This document shows positions 9,962 through 20,588 of a stretch of 64,000 bases of DNA, in pieces. Both the position numbers and the translations under genes were made by a program. The stretch is from Candidatus Latescibacterota bacterium (GTDB taxonomy: Bacteria > Krumholzibacteriota > Krumholzibacteriia > WVZY01), in the NCBI GenBank assembly GCA_963791045.1, contig CAWBQK010000001.1, forward strand, positions 64,001 to 128,000. Reading direction: 5' to 3'. Under the pieces are notes generated by a model. The model worked only from the letters and a program-made list of their open reading frames with translations, was not told the DNA's origin and made no database searches. Positions within the stretch are counted from its first letter, which is position 1. Every line of letters begins with the position of its first letter.

Positions 9962-12439
9962 TTATTTCAGAAGGATCATTTTCTTCGTCAGCGTCTCCTT
10001 GCCCGCCTTCAACCGGTAGAAATAGACCCCCGAAGCCACCGGATTCCCGTTGGCGTCCGAGCCGTCCCAGGAATACTGCTTCAGTCCGGCGGCAAGATCC
10101 CCCCGGACGAGTGTCCTGACTCGCCTGCCGTCCGGTGAATAGATCGTGAGATCGGCGGCTCCCGCCTCAGGTAGAACGAACGAAATCGTCGTCGTCGGGT
10201 TGAACGGGTTCGGATGATTCTGGTTGAGCGCGAGCGCGTGCAATTTCGCCGTCACCGACTCGGGCGCCGACATCGCCTCCGACCCATCGGCAAGCACAAC
10301 GGCCAGAGTGTAAGTGTATGTCTCTCCCCCGCTCACGCTGTCGTCGATATACGATCTCTTGTCGGGTGAAATCAACCCAAGCGGATTCAGCACAGCCCCG
10401 AATCCTCGGTCGCCGTCTCCGCGGTAGATCCGATAGCCATCGATCGCCTCATCGGCGAAAACATCCCAGGCAAGTTCGACTCCCGCATTGATCGCGCGCG
10501 CCTCGAACGCCGTGACAAACACCGGGGTCGGCGGTGGCGTAAACTCAACAACGTAGACGCCCCCCGACCCATCAGACACATACGCGTCATACGAGGCCGA
10601 CACAACCACCCCTTCCGCGAACGATCCGGTTCTATAGTAACCAACGAGAGCCGGGTTTGTCGGATCGGCTACGTGAAACACCATCAATCCATCAAAGCCG
10701 GCGGCAACAAAAACATAGTTGCCCATCATGGTCACATCCTCACAATTCCCGACGTAGTAGGACCAAACCTCCGAAGTGTTCTCCGGATCCGAAACATCGA
10801 TAACCCTGAAAAGACTCCCATCCCCAAGGTAAGCGTACCCCCCATTAACATGAACGGCGGTCGCCCGTCCCGGTGAATCGAAAAAACCGACCTCCACCGG
10901 CGAAGACGGCGTGGAGACATCGACTATTCGCAGCCCCGCGGTGTTGGCGCAAACATATGCATACGCGCCTTCCACATGGACCCCTGGGATGTCGTCGGAC
11001 GCCGAGAAGTTTCCCACCTCGCCCGGCGAGAGCGGGTTGGTGATGTCGATGATACGCAAACCCTCCGTCCGATCCGCGACAAAGGCGTGCACACCATCGA
11101 TACATACGTCTTCCGCAAATCCAGGCGTATCATAGACGCCGACCTCGCTCAAGCTTGTCGGGTCCGTGCAATCGAGAATCCTCAATCCGCCCGAATACGC
11201 GGCGACATACACGTAATTGCCATCCACTTCGACATCGTACATATTCCCCAGCGTCTCGTACGTCTCCACTTGATACGGGTTCCCCTTGTTCGAAACATCG
11301 AGGACACCGACGCCGATAGAACTTCCGGCGACAAAAAGGTGGTTTTCCTTGAGGGCAAGGCCGCGGGATGAGCTCCACGTATCGTGGAATCCGATCCTCG
11401 ACGGCGAAGACATCGTTGTGATGTCCACCGCCTCGAGCCCATCCCTAACCGCCACGTAGGCACGGTTCCCCGCAATGGCCACCTTCTCCGGATACCCCGG
11501 CGTGACCAGAGCCCCCAACAACGAGGGACTCGCTGGCGTTGACACGTCGACGGTGTGGTAGTCCCCCCAGCCGTACGCGAGATGGGCCGTGGTTCCGACA
11601 ACGGTAACACCGTAGGCGACACCGCCGGGCGAGTAGAATCCAATTTCCGACGGGCTCGAAGGCGTAGAGAAATCAATGACCCTCAGACCCGCGCTGCCGT
11701 CTGCCACGAAGGCCGTCGTTCCGACGACGTCAACGCCGGTGGCCGTTCCAGAAGTGTCGTATATACCGAGTTCGGACGGCGAGGTGGGATTCTTCACGTC
11801 GAGAATCAACAAACCGCCGTTTGCCTGCGCGGCGAGCACCAGTGTATCCGCCGTGGCAACCCCATAGGTATAACTGACCGTGTCGAATTCTCCGATTTCG
11901 ACGGGTGCGGCCGGGTTCGAAATATCGATCACGCGAACGCCCTTGAAATGATCCCCGACGTACGCGTAGTTACCGTCGACAGCAACACCGTAGGCCGTTC
12001 CCGGTGTGTCGACGGCGCCGATCTCGTACGGATTCGCGGGGTCCGAAATATCGACAATTCGAAGCCCCTCTCGGGAGTTGGCGACATAGGCGTAATCGCC
12101 GGCGAGACGAATCTCGTAGATTACTGACGGTAAATCGACATGTCCGATGACGACGGGTGTCGCTGGAATCGAAAAGTCAATAATCTCGAGGCGACAACCG
12201 TTGCCCGCAACAACGGTGTCACCAGGGGCGGCCACCGCGTAGCACGGGCCTTCCGTCCACCGCCCCCACAGGTTGACATTCCACGATTCTCCGGCAGCCG
12301 GCAGCGGCCTTTCCGGAGGAGTCGCAAGATAATGATCGCGGTACGGATCCATTACCTCATCTGGGCCGGCGGCAATCGCCGATGTGGCTGCGATGGCCAA
12401 AACGGCCAAAATCAAAACGGTCAGTCTCGCAGTTTTCAC
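9962..12439 (-). CDS. Secreted LVIVD-repeat beta-propeller protein with C-terminal FlgD-Ig/T9SS type A-like sorting domain
   Basis: About a dozen AYVA..GLRIIDIS.P..P.EIG repeats. C-terminus NHPNPFNPTTTISF...WDG...SGVYFYRL...KKMILLK. Signal peptide follows GTG 12439. Confidence 0.88.
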   Translation of the reverse strand: MKTARLTVLILAVLAIAATSAIAAGPDEVMDPYRDHYLATPPERPLPAAGESWNVNLWGRWTEGPCYAVAAPGDTVVAGNGCRLEIIDFSIPATPVVIGHVDLPSVIYEIRLAGDYAYVANSREGLRIVDISDPANPYEIGAVDTPGTAYGVAVDGNYAYVGDHFKGVRVIDISNPAAPVEIGEFDTVSYTYGVATADTLVLAAQANGGLLILDVKNPTSPSELGIYDTSGTATGVDVVGTTAFVADGSAGLRVIDFSTPSSPSEIGFYSPGGVAYGVTVVGTTAHLAYGWGDYHTVDVSTPASPSLLGALVTPGYPEKVAIAGNRAYVAVRDGLEAVDITTMSSPSRIGFHDTWSSSRGLALKENHLFVAGSSIGVGVLDVSNKGNPYQVETYETLGNMYDVEVDGNYVYVAAYSGGLRILDCTDPTSLSEVGVYDTPGFAEDVCIDGVHAFVADRTEGLRIIDITNPLSPGEVGNFSASDDIPGVHVEGAYAYVCANTAGLRIVDVSTPSSPVEVGFFDSPGRATAVHVNGGYAYLGDGSLFRVIDVSDPENTSEVWSYYVGNCEDVTMMGNYVFVAAGFDGLMVFHVADPTNPALVGYYRTGSFAEGVVVSASYDAYVSDGSGGVYVVEFTPPPTPVFVTAFEARAINAGVELAWDVFADEAIDGYRIYRGDGDRGFGAVLNPLGLISPDKRSYIDDSVSGGETYTYTLAVVLADGSEAMSAPESVTAKLHALALNQNHPNPFNPTTTISFVLPEAGAADLTIYSPDGRRVRTLVRGDLAAGLKQYSWDGSDANGNPVASGVYFYRLKAGKETLTKKMILLK

Positions 12440-12669
12440 GGGAACCCCCTTCGTTGCTCGTGGGACATGCTGAACGTGCACCTGTCAGGATACAACGTAA
12501 CCTATAACGCGTCAACAAATTAGAGACGACCGACTTCCCAGAAATGTTTTGTCGTACTGTTCCCCGTTCTTCCCGGTTGTGGGGCAAAAGGCCGCATACG
12601 GCACAACAATTGCTCCATCTTGTGCGGTTCGTGTCTAAACCACTAAAAACTTACCAGATTAGAAGCGCC

Positions 12670-14492
12670 ATGAATCCGATCACAATACGAAAAATCACCT
12701 TCACGATCGACGCCGTCGCGCGGATCCTCGAGAAAGCCGGTCTGCTCAACGCCGTCCAGGCGTCCGATGTCCTCCAGACGGGAAAGAAAAAGGAATCAAC
12801 ACTCAAACGGGCGCTACGCACAAAAGACACCGACAACCCGTTCGTGTCGCCGATTGAAACCATCGCCGCGTTCGGTTTCCCAAGCGCCAATCCACGCAGA
12901 AAGATTCTCGCCGAAGACGAGATATGCGAGGCTTTCTCCCGATTGACGGAAGTGCCCTTCGAACGCATCGATCCGTTGAAGCTCGACGCGCGATCCGTTT
13001 GTGAAATCCTCTCAAAACCTTTTGCCCGTAAAAACCTGCTCGTCCCGATTCGTCTCGAAGGCGGCGGCTTGACAGTCGCGATGGTGAATCCATTCGACAA
13101 GCAAACGATCCACTGGATCGAGGATGTCACCGGCCTGCAGATCCAACCCACGCTGGGGCTGCGTCATGAAATTTTTAAAACCATTAACGAAGTTTTTGCG
13201 TTCGAACACAGCTTGATAAAGGCGGAGAAACTCAGAGGCCACGTGCCCGACCTGGGCAACCTCGAACAACTCGTCGACCTTGCGAGCGGACACGAGATCG
13301 AAGCGTCGAACCACCACGTGGTCAATGCCGTGGACCTGCTGTTTCAGTACGCGTACGACCAGCGGGCCAGCGACATCCACGTTGAACCCAAGAGAACACA
13401 CGCCGAAGTCAGGCTTCGGATCGACGGCCGGCTTCACACCACGCACTCGATCCCGAAACCGGTGTATCCGTCGTTGGTATCGCGGATGAAGATTCTCGCG
13501 AGGATGGATATCGCCGAAAAGCGCAAACCCCAGGACGGGCGCATCAAAACCAAATTCAAAGACACCGAAATCGAACTCCGTGTGTCGAGCGTTCCGATGG
13601 CGTTTGGGGAAAAGATCGTTATCAGGATCTTCGACCCCAATGTTTTGATGCAGGACCTCTCCGGGCTCGGGATATTTCCGGAACAGCTCACAGATTCTCA
13701 AAAAATGTCTCGGCCACCCGCACGGGATTATTCTGTTGACCGGACCTACGGGCAGCGGCAAAACGACGACACTCTACTCGGCACTCCGTTTTCTCGCTTC
13801 GCCCGAGGTGAACATCACAACGATCGAGGACCCGATCGAGATGGTCTACGAGCCTTTCAACCAGATCGCCGTCCATAACCAGGCGGGGCTTACATTCGCA
13901 AGCGCGCTTCGAAACGTCCTCCGTCAGGATCCGGACATCATCATGGTGGGTGAAATCCGCGACCGCGAAACCGCCGAATACGCGATCCAGGCCGCGCTCA
14001 CCGGGCATCTCGTTTTTTCAACCCTGCACACGAATACGGCGTCGGGCGCGATCACCCGTCTCCGCGATTTGGGGATCGAACCGTTCCTCCTCGCGTCGAC
14101 GCTTCTCGCCGTCATCGCACAACGGCTCCTCCGCAATGTCTGCAAAGCGTGTGACGTCCCCGCCGAGATCTCCGCCGAATCAAAACGGCTCATCGGCGTC
14201 GACAAACCCGGAATCGACCAGACAGGCTACCGCAAAGGTGAAGGTTGTGAGTCGTGCAGAAACACGGGGTACAGCGGACGCACGGCCATCATGGAGACTC
14301 CTCGAAGTAACCGAGACAATCCGGACGCTCATAAGAGACGGCGCCGACGATCAGCAGATCGAAAATGCTTCTCGCAAAGCCGGAACACAGCCGCTCATGG
14401 TAAGCGCCGCGCGAAACCTGCTCGCCGGGAAAACAACCACGGAGGAGATCTTCCGCGTGGTTCCGTTGACAGGATCGACGCCCAGGAAATAA
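12670..14492 (+). CDS. GspE/PilB-family secretion/pilus ATPase, interrupted by two +1 frame breaks (~13708 and ~14297)
   Basis: ASDIHVEP, DIAEKRKPQDGR, GPTGSGKTTTLY, TIEDPIE, LRQDPDIIMVGEIRD, TGHLVFSTLH and CxxC pairs spread over three frames. Confidence 0.85.
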
Positions 14493-14555
14493 AAAAAGGC
14501 CCCACCGTTGAATCGGCAGGACCTTTCTCCAATTCTTTTCAAAGAACAGCGTGGC

Positions 14556-15204
14556 CTATTCTTCCCAACGACCCACTTTGCCGTTGATCACATAGATGTA
14601 CTTGCTCCGCTTGGCCTCTTTGTACACCCACTGCTCTTCCTTCTCGGATCCGATTTCGCTGACGCGAACCTCATCGGGAAATCCCCATGATTCCTGCGCG
14701 GCGTCCGCCGCCATCCCGGCAAACACATCGTGATTGATCACGGCCTGCGCCGTGCGTTTCTCCCCACTGCCGAATGTAATCGACATGTCTCAACGTGGGA
14801 TCCTTGAACCAGAAAATCTCGGTCAGACGCGTTTCAATCTTTTCCGGCGTCAGAGGGCGCTCGATATCGAGGGCCACCGAGATTCGTTTTCCCGTCGGGT
14901 CGTCCACCGTCACCGCGCCGTTATAAACATAGAAGAACTCGACGATCGTGACCTTTGTGTCCCTGAGGATAATCTTCTTCTTGGGCTCTCCCGGCACCTC
15001 CACGCGCTCGGACAAGTCTTCGAGGACCGCCCGCGTCCATGCGTGTTCGCCTATGAACTTTTCATTGAGCGCAAGTTGGTCTTCGAGCGCAACATCCTTG
15101 ACCACGACTTTACTGACCTTTTTCATGCTCTTGAAGCCGCTGCACCCGGTGACACCGACCGCTACAACTAACACGACCAACGCGATCACTATGTTCTTCA
15201 ACAC
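14556..15204 (-). CDS. Hypothetical lipoprotein, one +1 frame break near 14760
   Basis: AGGAGG RBS, GTG start, lipobox VTGC. C-terminal GM....A..SWGFPD...EQWVY continues in ORF 14556..14786. Confidence 0.6.
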
Positions 15205-15269
15205 GTCAAACCCTCCTGATACGGCTGAACCTTCAAATATGGTGGGGGGCAATCAAAACCATTGCAACA

Positions 15270-15623
15270 CTAATATACCGCTTCAATATGTCGGACGACC
15301 ATTTGGCTCAAATCGTGTTCCGCGTCAATTACCACCAGATCCACCCGCGGAGACAACGACGAATGCTTCCTGCCCATGGCCCCGGTAAGCGCCTCCTGAA
15401 TCCTCGACAACTTGCGTCGGTCGACCGCTTCGATGGCGCGGCCGTATGGCGCTCCGCATCTCAGTTTTACCTCGACGGCGACCAGCCACGATCCCGTACG
15501 GGCGAGAATATCGATTTCCCGTCCCGCGTAAACGAAGTTTCTTCGAAGAATCTCGAAGCCTTTTAATACCAGGAACGATTCGGCAATCCGCTCACCGAGC
15601 TCGCCCCGACGTCTGGTGTTCAC
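15270..15623 (-). CDS. yraN: YraN/UPF0102 family nuclease-like protein
   Basis: GELGERIA, RN, EIDIL, VEVK; located after rnhB. Confidence 0.85.
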   Translation of the reverse strand: MNTRRRGELGERIAESFLVLKGFEILRRNFVYAGREIDILARTGSWLVAVEVKLRCGAPYGRAIEAVDRRKLSRIQEALTGAMGRKHSSLSPRVDLVVIDAEHDLSQMVVRHIEAVY

Positions 15624-15662
15624 CCCGCACCTCCTCATCCTCACCATCCCATCAAGGAAATC

Positions 15663-16259
15663 CTAAAACAGACGCGGCGTTTTCTCAACCGTTTTCACAC
15701 GGTAACTTTTTCTGTGGGCGGCGATCATCCCGTGCCGCTCTATCGCCTCGATATGCTCCCTCGTGCCGTACCCCTTGTTTCTCAAGAAATTATAAACCGG
15801 GTACCTGTCGTGAAGCCGTCGCATCATCCTGTCCCGCGCCACCTTGGCCACTATCGAAGCGGCCGCAATTGCCAGGCTCTGTCTGTCGCCGCCGATGATC
15901 GGAATAACTTGAGTGGTGGAATCGACCCGGTCACGGCCGTCAACCAGGATTATCGACGGTTCCAGCTTAAGGTTGCCCGCCGCGCGCGCCATTGCGATCA
16001 GCGTGGCATTCAGGATGTTTTTGTCGTCGATGAGTGTGGGGTGCCCGATGCCGATACCAACGGCGAGAGCCTTTTCGACGATTGTGGAAAACACGGTTTC
16101 CCGCTGTTTTTCGGAAAGCCGTTTGGAGTCGTCTACTCCAACGAGGTTTGAATCCGGAGGAAGAATCACCGCGGCGGCAACAACGGGTCCGGCCAGGGCC
16201 CCTCTCCCGGCCTCGTCGAGACCGGCGAGTTGCCGTTCACCACCCGGGCGATGTTTCAC
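15663..16259 (-). CDS. rnhB: Ribonuclease HII (start codon uncertain)
   Basis: GLDEAGRGALAGPV, DSKRL, DG, IAAASIVAKVARD, NKGYGT. Confidence 0.93.
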   Translation of the reverse strand: MKHRPGGERQLAGLDEAGRGALAGPVVAAAVILPPDSNLVGVDDSKRLSEKQRETVFSTIVEKALAVGIGIGHPTLIDDKNILNATLIAMARAAGNLKLEPSIILVDGRDRVDSTTQVIPIIGGDRQSLAIAAASIVAKVARDRMMRRLHDRYPVYNFLRNKGYGTREHIEAIERHGMIAAHRKSYRVKTVEKTPRLF

Positions 16260-16314
16260 GTCAAAAGCCTCGAGACGAGCGTACGTTTCGAGCGACCTTT
16301 TCCGAAAAATACCG

Positions 16315-16686
16315 CTACTTTGCCTTTGTCGGGCGGGGTGTTTTCTTCTCTGGGATTCGAGCCGCTTTCCCAACGAGATCTCTCAAATAGTAGAGCTTGG
16401 CGCGCCTGATCTTCCCGCGTCGCGTCACGGTAATCTCTCTGACATTGGGAGAGTGAAGGGGAAAAACCCTTTCGACGCCAATTCCGGAACTGATTTTGCG
16501 CACTGTGAATGTCTCGCGCGCACCGCCGCCACGCCGCTGGATAACAACACCCTGGAATGCCTGCTGGCGCTCCTTGCCTCCTTCGACGACACGAACGAGC
16601 ACACGGACGGTATCCCCGATACCGAATTCGGTCACGTCTTCCTTGAGATATTTTCTTTCGATTCTGTCCATCGTGTTCATCTTCAT
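16315..16686 (-). CDS. rplS: 50S ribosomal protein L19
   Basis: [44 protein letters not shown]. Confidence 0.97.
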   Translation of the reverse strand: MKMNTMDRIERKYLKEDVTEFGIGDTVRVLVRVVEGGKERQQAFQGVVIQRRGGGARETFTVRKISSGIGVERVFPLHSPNVREITVTRRGKIRRAKLYYLRDLVGKAARIPEKKTPRPTKAK

Positions 16687-16711
16687 GCCTCCCAATAATG
16701 ATTCCGCCGTT

Positions 16712-17404
16712 TTAGTTATTTTTGTCCAACAAATCAGGTCGCATTTCTTCTGTTCTTTTCAGCGAGGATGCCTTCCTCCATTTTTCGATTTCCTTATGAT
16801 GCCCCGAGATCAGTACGTCCGGAACACGCTCACCGCGATATTCGACAGGCCGCGTATAATACGCGCAGTCCAGCAGATAGTCACGTTCTTTTTCGAACGA
16901 GTCGGACTCCCATGTATCCTTGTTGCCGAGAACATCGTCCTGGAGCCTCACGATCGCCTCGATACAGACACCGGCGGCGAGTTCTCCGCCGCTCAGTATA
17001 AAATCTCCTATCGAAACGTCATCGGTAACGACCAGGTCTCTCACGCGCTCGTCGATTCCCTTGTATCGACCGCAGACGAATGTAATCTCATTGAGCGCGG
17101 CGTACTCGTGCGCAAGAGTCTGATTGAACCGTCGTCCGCCGGGGCTCAAAAGAACCACCGGGCTCCCCTCGGATATTTCGAGGGCTTCTACCGATTCGAC
17201 GAGCGGCGGAGCCATCAGAATCATCCCACCCCCACCACCGTACGGCTCGTCGTCTACAGTTTTGTGTTTGTCTTTGGCGTAGTCTCTCAGATTTACAACG
17301 TTGTATGTCACGAGCGACTTTTTTGCCGCAATCCCCAACATCCCCATCCCCAGAATATTCTCTACGACGTCGGGGAAAATTGTGATGACGTTGATTCTCA
17401 TCAA
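16712..17404 (-). CDS. trmD: tRNA (guanine37-N1)-methyltransferase
   Basis: [42 protein letters not shown]. Confidence 0.96.
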   Translation of the reverse strand: MMRINVITIFPDVVENILGMGMLGIAAKKSLVTYNVVNLRDYAKDKHKTVDDEPYGGGGGMILMAPPLVESVEALEISEGSPVVLLSPGGRRFNQTLAHEYAALNEITFVCGRYKGIDERVRDLVVTDDVSIGDFILSGGELAAGVCIEAIVRLQDDVLGNKDTWESDSFEKERDYLLDCAYYTRPVEYRGERVPDVLISGHHKEIEKWRKASSLKRTEEMRPDLLDKNN

Positions 17405-17408
17405 TTCC

Positions 17409-17927
17409 CTATCCGTCGATCAAACCGGGTATCGGCCTGATTACGATTTCTTTCGTGTCTTCGTCGAGCGAGATAACGAATTCGGAAATCGCCGGAAACA
17501 TAAAGTCCCCCGATTCTCCGGTCACCTCGTAGACATCGTGCGCGGGCGAAAAAATAACCGAGGAAACCGTTCCGAGCACATTGCCCTCTTCGTCTTTAAC
17601 GGTCATTCCCACTACCTGGAACGGGCGGCGCTGCTCGGGAAGATCGATGTCGATATTGTCGATGTCTACGATAATGTCCGTTCCGACAAGCGCTTCCGCG
17701 GAGTTCCGGTCCTTGACCCCGTCGAACGTAAACACGTAACAGTTTTTGTGCGGACGAAAGTGCTTTATCGCGAAGGGTCCTTCTTCAACACCTTCGGCAG
17801 TTTCCCGCCTGAACGTGAGTTTTTTGGAACCGAGCACGTCGTCCCAGAAATCATCGGTAGGGTTGAATTTGACTTCACCCCGTATCCCGAATGCCTTGAC
17901 CAGACGGCCGATAATTACGTCCGTCAC
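17409..17927 (-). CDS. rimM: Ribosome maturation factor RimM
   Basis: IGRLVKAFGIRGEVK, DRNSAEAL, PRC barrel; synteny. Confidence 0.92.
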   Translation of the reverse strand: MTDVIIGRLVKAFGIRGEVKFNPTDDFWDDVLGSKKLTFRRETAEGVEEGPFAIKHFRPHKNCYVFTFDGVKDRNSAEALVGTDIIVDIDNIDIDLPEQRRPFQVVGMTVKDEEGNVLGTVSSVIFSPAHDVYEVTGESGDFMFPAISEFVISLDEDTKEIVIRPIPGLIDG

Positions 17928-17938
17928 GGTGACCGTCC

Positions 17939-18193
17939 TTATTCTTTTATTTCAAATATAATCTTGTCGCCGGCCTTCGACGCCGCCGCGTTGACCAGGG
18001 TTCTGATCGCCCGCGCCGTCTGACCGTTCTTTCCAATCACCTTGCCGAGATCAGCCGAACTAACCGAAAGTTCCATTACGGTGTAGTTCTCTTTTTTTGA
18101 TTCGGAGACCTTTACGTCTTTGTCTTCCTCCACGAGGGAGGACGCTATAAATTCGATAAGCTGCTTGATTGTCGTCTTGTTGACTTCAGGCAT
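17939..18193 (-). CDS. khpA: KH-domain RNA-binding protein
   Basis: DLGKVIGKNGQTARAIRT, between rpsP and rimM. Confidence 0.88.
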   Translation of the reverse strand: MPEVNKTTIKQLIEFIASSLVEEDKDVKVSESKKENYTVMELSVSSADLGKVIGKNGQTARAIRTLVNAAASKAGDKIIFEIKE

Positions 18194-18238
18194 ATCCTCA
18201 ATCCGTTTGGTTCTGCGTTGATGTGAACGATAAATTCT

Positions 18239-18925
18239 CTATTCGTCTTTCTTGGGCTCCGAAGACTCCGCACTTTCAGGCTCCGAAGACTCCGCACCTT
18301 CGGCAGCAGGCTCGGGAGCGGGCGCAGGTTCGGCTGTTGCCGTTTCAGGAGCCGCGGGAGCTTCCTCAGCCACAGGAGCCTCAACCGCTTTGTCTTCGGT
18401 CGCGGGAGCTTCGGCAACGGGTTCCGCAGCCTCTGCTTCGGCTGCTTCGGCCGCTTTGGCCTCTTCGGCCGCCTTAGCTTCTTCAGCCGCCTTGGCTTCT
18501 TCGGCTGCCTTGGTCGCGTCGGCCTCGGTCTGGGCGGCTTCCTTGGCGAGCATCTTCTTTGATTTCTCTCCGCTCTTCGCCATATCCTTGCGCTGCGCGG
18601 TCGCGATACGCTGATTCTTGATCGCTTCTACTTTTGCTTCGAGTTCTTCGCCGGTGACGCCGGCTTTCACCAGGGTCCACTTCTGAAGCGTTCCGGTTTG
18701 CTTGAGAAGACTTGCCGCGCTCACTGTGGGCACAGCGCCGTTGCCGAGCCACTTGAAAAGGGCTTCTTCGTTAATATGGATATCGGCGGGCATCGTCATC
18801 GGGTTGTAATAACCAACCGTCTCGAGGAACCGGCCATCCCGGGGCATTCTCGAGTCGGCAGCGATCAATCGATAAAAAGGTCTTTTCTTTGAGCCCATCC
18901 GTTTGAGTCTGATTTTCACGGACAT
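18239..18925 (-). CDS. rpsP: 30S ribosomal protein S16 with long Ala/Glu/Pro-rich C-terminal tail
   Basis: [44 protein letters not shown]. Confidence 0.95.
   Translation of the reverse strand: MSVKIRLKRMGSKKRPFYRLIAADSRMPRDGRFLETVGYYNPMTMPADIHINEEALFKWLGNGAVPTVSAASLLKQTGTLQKWTLVKAGVTGEELEAKVEAIKNQRIATAQRKDMAKSGEKSKKMLAKEAAQTEADATKAAEEAKAAEEAKAAEEAKAAEAAEAEAAEPVAEAPATEDKAVEAPVAEEAPAAPETATAEPAPAPEPAAEGAESSEPESAESSEPKKDE
18255..18515 (-). repeat. Coding tandem repeats in the S16 tail
   Basis: 24-bp duplication GGCTCCGAAGACTCCGCAC x2 and ~4 degenerate 18-bp units encoding KAAEEA. Confidence 0.7.
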
Positions 18926-18963
18926 TGAACACACCTCCATGTGCCAAAACGTATCATTTCATT

Positions 18964-20295
18964 CTAGAACGGAGCGAACGGCAGTTTGATTTTCTTGCCT
19001 TTGGTCTGGCCGCCGAGCATTTTCATCATCTTTTTCATATCTTGAAACTGTTTGAGAAGCCGGTTGACCGCCTGAACGTTGGTTCCGCTTCCCCTCGCGA
19101 TTCTTTTTCTCCTGCTTCCGTCGATTATCTGCGGGTGCGAACGCTCATCGATAGTCATCGAGTTGATAATCGCTTCCGCCTCGTCGAACTGGTTCTCGTC
19201 GATTCGAAAGCCCTTGAGAGCCGCCTTCGAGAACCCGGGAATCATCTTCATGATGTCCTCAATGGGTCCCATTTTACGAAGACGTTTTAGTTCTTCGAGA
19301 AAGTCGCCAAGCGAAAATGTCTGTTCGCGAAGCCGTTTCTCGAGCGATTCCGCCCGTTCGGCGTCAACGTCATCCTGGGCCTTTTCGATGAGGGAGAGCA
19401 TGTCCCCCATCCCGAGAATCCGTCCGGCCATTCGATCCGGGTGAAAGATCTCGAGGTCACCGAGTTTCTCGCCGACACTCGCAAACCGGATCTGCGATTG
19501 GGTGACCGCCGTCACCGAAAGCGCCGCGCCGCCGCGCGCATCGCCGTCGAGTTTTGTCAGAACGACCCCGGACACACCGAGCCGTTCCTGGAAAACCTTC
19601 GCAACGTTGACCGCTTCCTGGCCGGTCATACTGTCGAGCACGAGAAGAATTTCGTCGGGCTTTGAAAGCGACTTGAGCTCTTCGAGCTCCTTCATCATCT
19701 CGTCATCGACATGGAGTCTTCCCGCCGTGTCGAGAATCATCGTGTCGCACATCAACTCGCGGGCAGCGCTGGCGGCCCGTTCGTAGATAGCCTTTATGCT
19801 CTTCTCGCCGGCGTCACCACGCGATACCGGTATATCCACCTGTTTGCCGAGAATCTCGAGTTGTTCCGCCGCGGCCGGGCGGTAAACATCGAGCGCGACG
19901 AGAAGCGGCTTGCGCCCCTTCTTCTTGAGGTAGACACCAAGTTTCGCCGTGAATGTCGTCTTACCAGAACCCTGAAGCCCGACTATCATCACGTTGGGCA
20001 ATGCGCCCTGGAGCGCAAACGGCTTCGCCTCTCCTCCGAGAAGCGCGGCCAGCTCGTCGTGAACGATCCTTACGATCTGCTGCGCCGGTGTAAAACTTTT
20101 GGTGACTTCTTCCCCGACAGCGCGTTGTTCGATCCGGGAAACAAAGTCTTTTACAACCCGGTAATTGACATCGGCTTCAAGCAACGCGCGACGGACTTCA
20201 CGCGCCGTTTCAGCGATGTCTTTTTCCGAAATCTTTCCCCTATTTCTTAGCTTGGAAAGAATTCCGTCGAGCTTTTGGGTTAAATCAGTAAACAT
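18964..20295 (-). CDS. ffh: Signal recognition particle protein
   Basis: ALLEADV, GLQGSGKTT, DTAGR, TKLDGDARGG, RILGMGD, INSMT. Confidence 0.97.
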   Translation of the reverse strand: MFTDLTQKLDGILSKLRNRGKISEKDIAETAREVRRALLEADVNYRVVKDFVSRIEQRAVGEEVTKSFTPAQQIVRIVHDELAALLGGEAKPFALQGALPNVMIVGLQGSGKTTFTAKLGVYLKKKGRKPLLVALDVYRPAAAEQLEILGKQVDIPVSRGDAGEKSIKAIYERAASAARELMCDTMILDTAGRLHVDDEMMKELEELKSLSKPDEILLVLDSMTGQEAVNVAKVFQERLGVSGVVLTKLDGDARGGAALSVTAVTQSQIRFASVGEKLGDLEIFHPDRMAGRILGMGDMLSLIEKAQDDVDAERAESLEKRLREQTFSLGDFLEELKRLRKMGPIEDIMKMIPGFSKAALKGFRIDENQFDEAEAIINSMTIDERSHPQIIDGSRRKRIARGSGTNVQAVNRLLKQFQDMKKMMKMLGGQTKGKKIKLPFAPF

Positions 20296-20588
20296 ACTAA
20301 CCCGTGATCCATCGACCACTTGGTCCTGTTTTCTGCAAGTGATTGAAATAGAATGAAGTAGGCTAATATGCGGCTACATCATAGAATACTGAAATTTATC
20401 AGATTGAAGGGGGATTTGCAAGGATAAAAAACCTGTTAAACGGCTTGGGGTTACACGTGCGCCCCCCCGAAATCGACGGGCCGGCGGCGGGACCAAAATC
20501 TTGTTGCCCTGACGACCGCCCCGTGTGACACTCTTCGCCATCGTCCCTCACAACGAACGCCACTAGCGCACTTTACGAGATTATTTGT

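Noticed and set aside
10550-12250. Periodic DNA similarity as a possible CRISPR or DNA repeat array
   Set aside because: Explained by degenerate LVIVD protein repeats; no identical repeats with spacers and no cas genes.
13690-14300. Programmed frameshifting in the GspE/PilB gene
   Set aside because: Two separate +1 events would be needed with no clear slippery site, and similar indels occur in unrelated genes.
20296-20588. SRP RNA or another ncRNA upstream of ffh
   Set aside because: No SRP domain IV motif or long stem recognised; looks like an AT-rich divergent promoter region.
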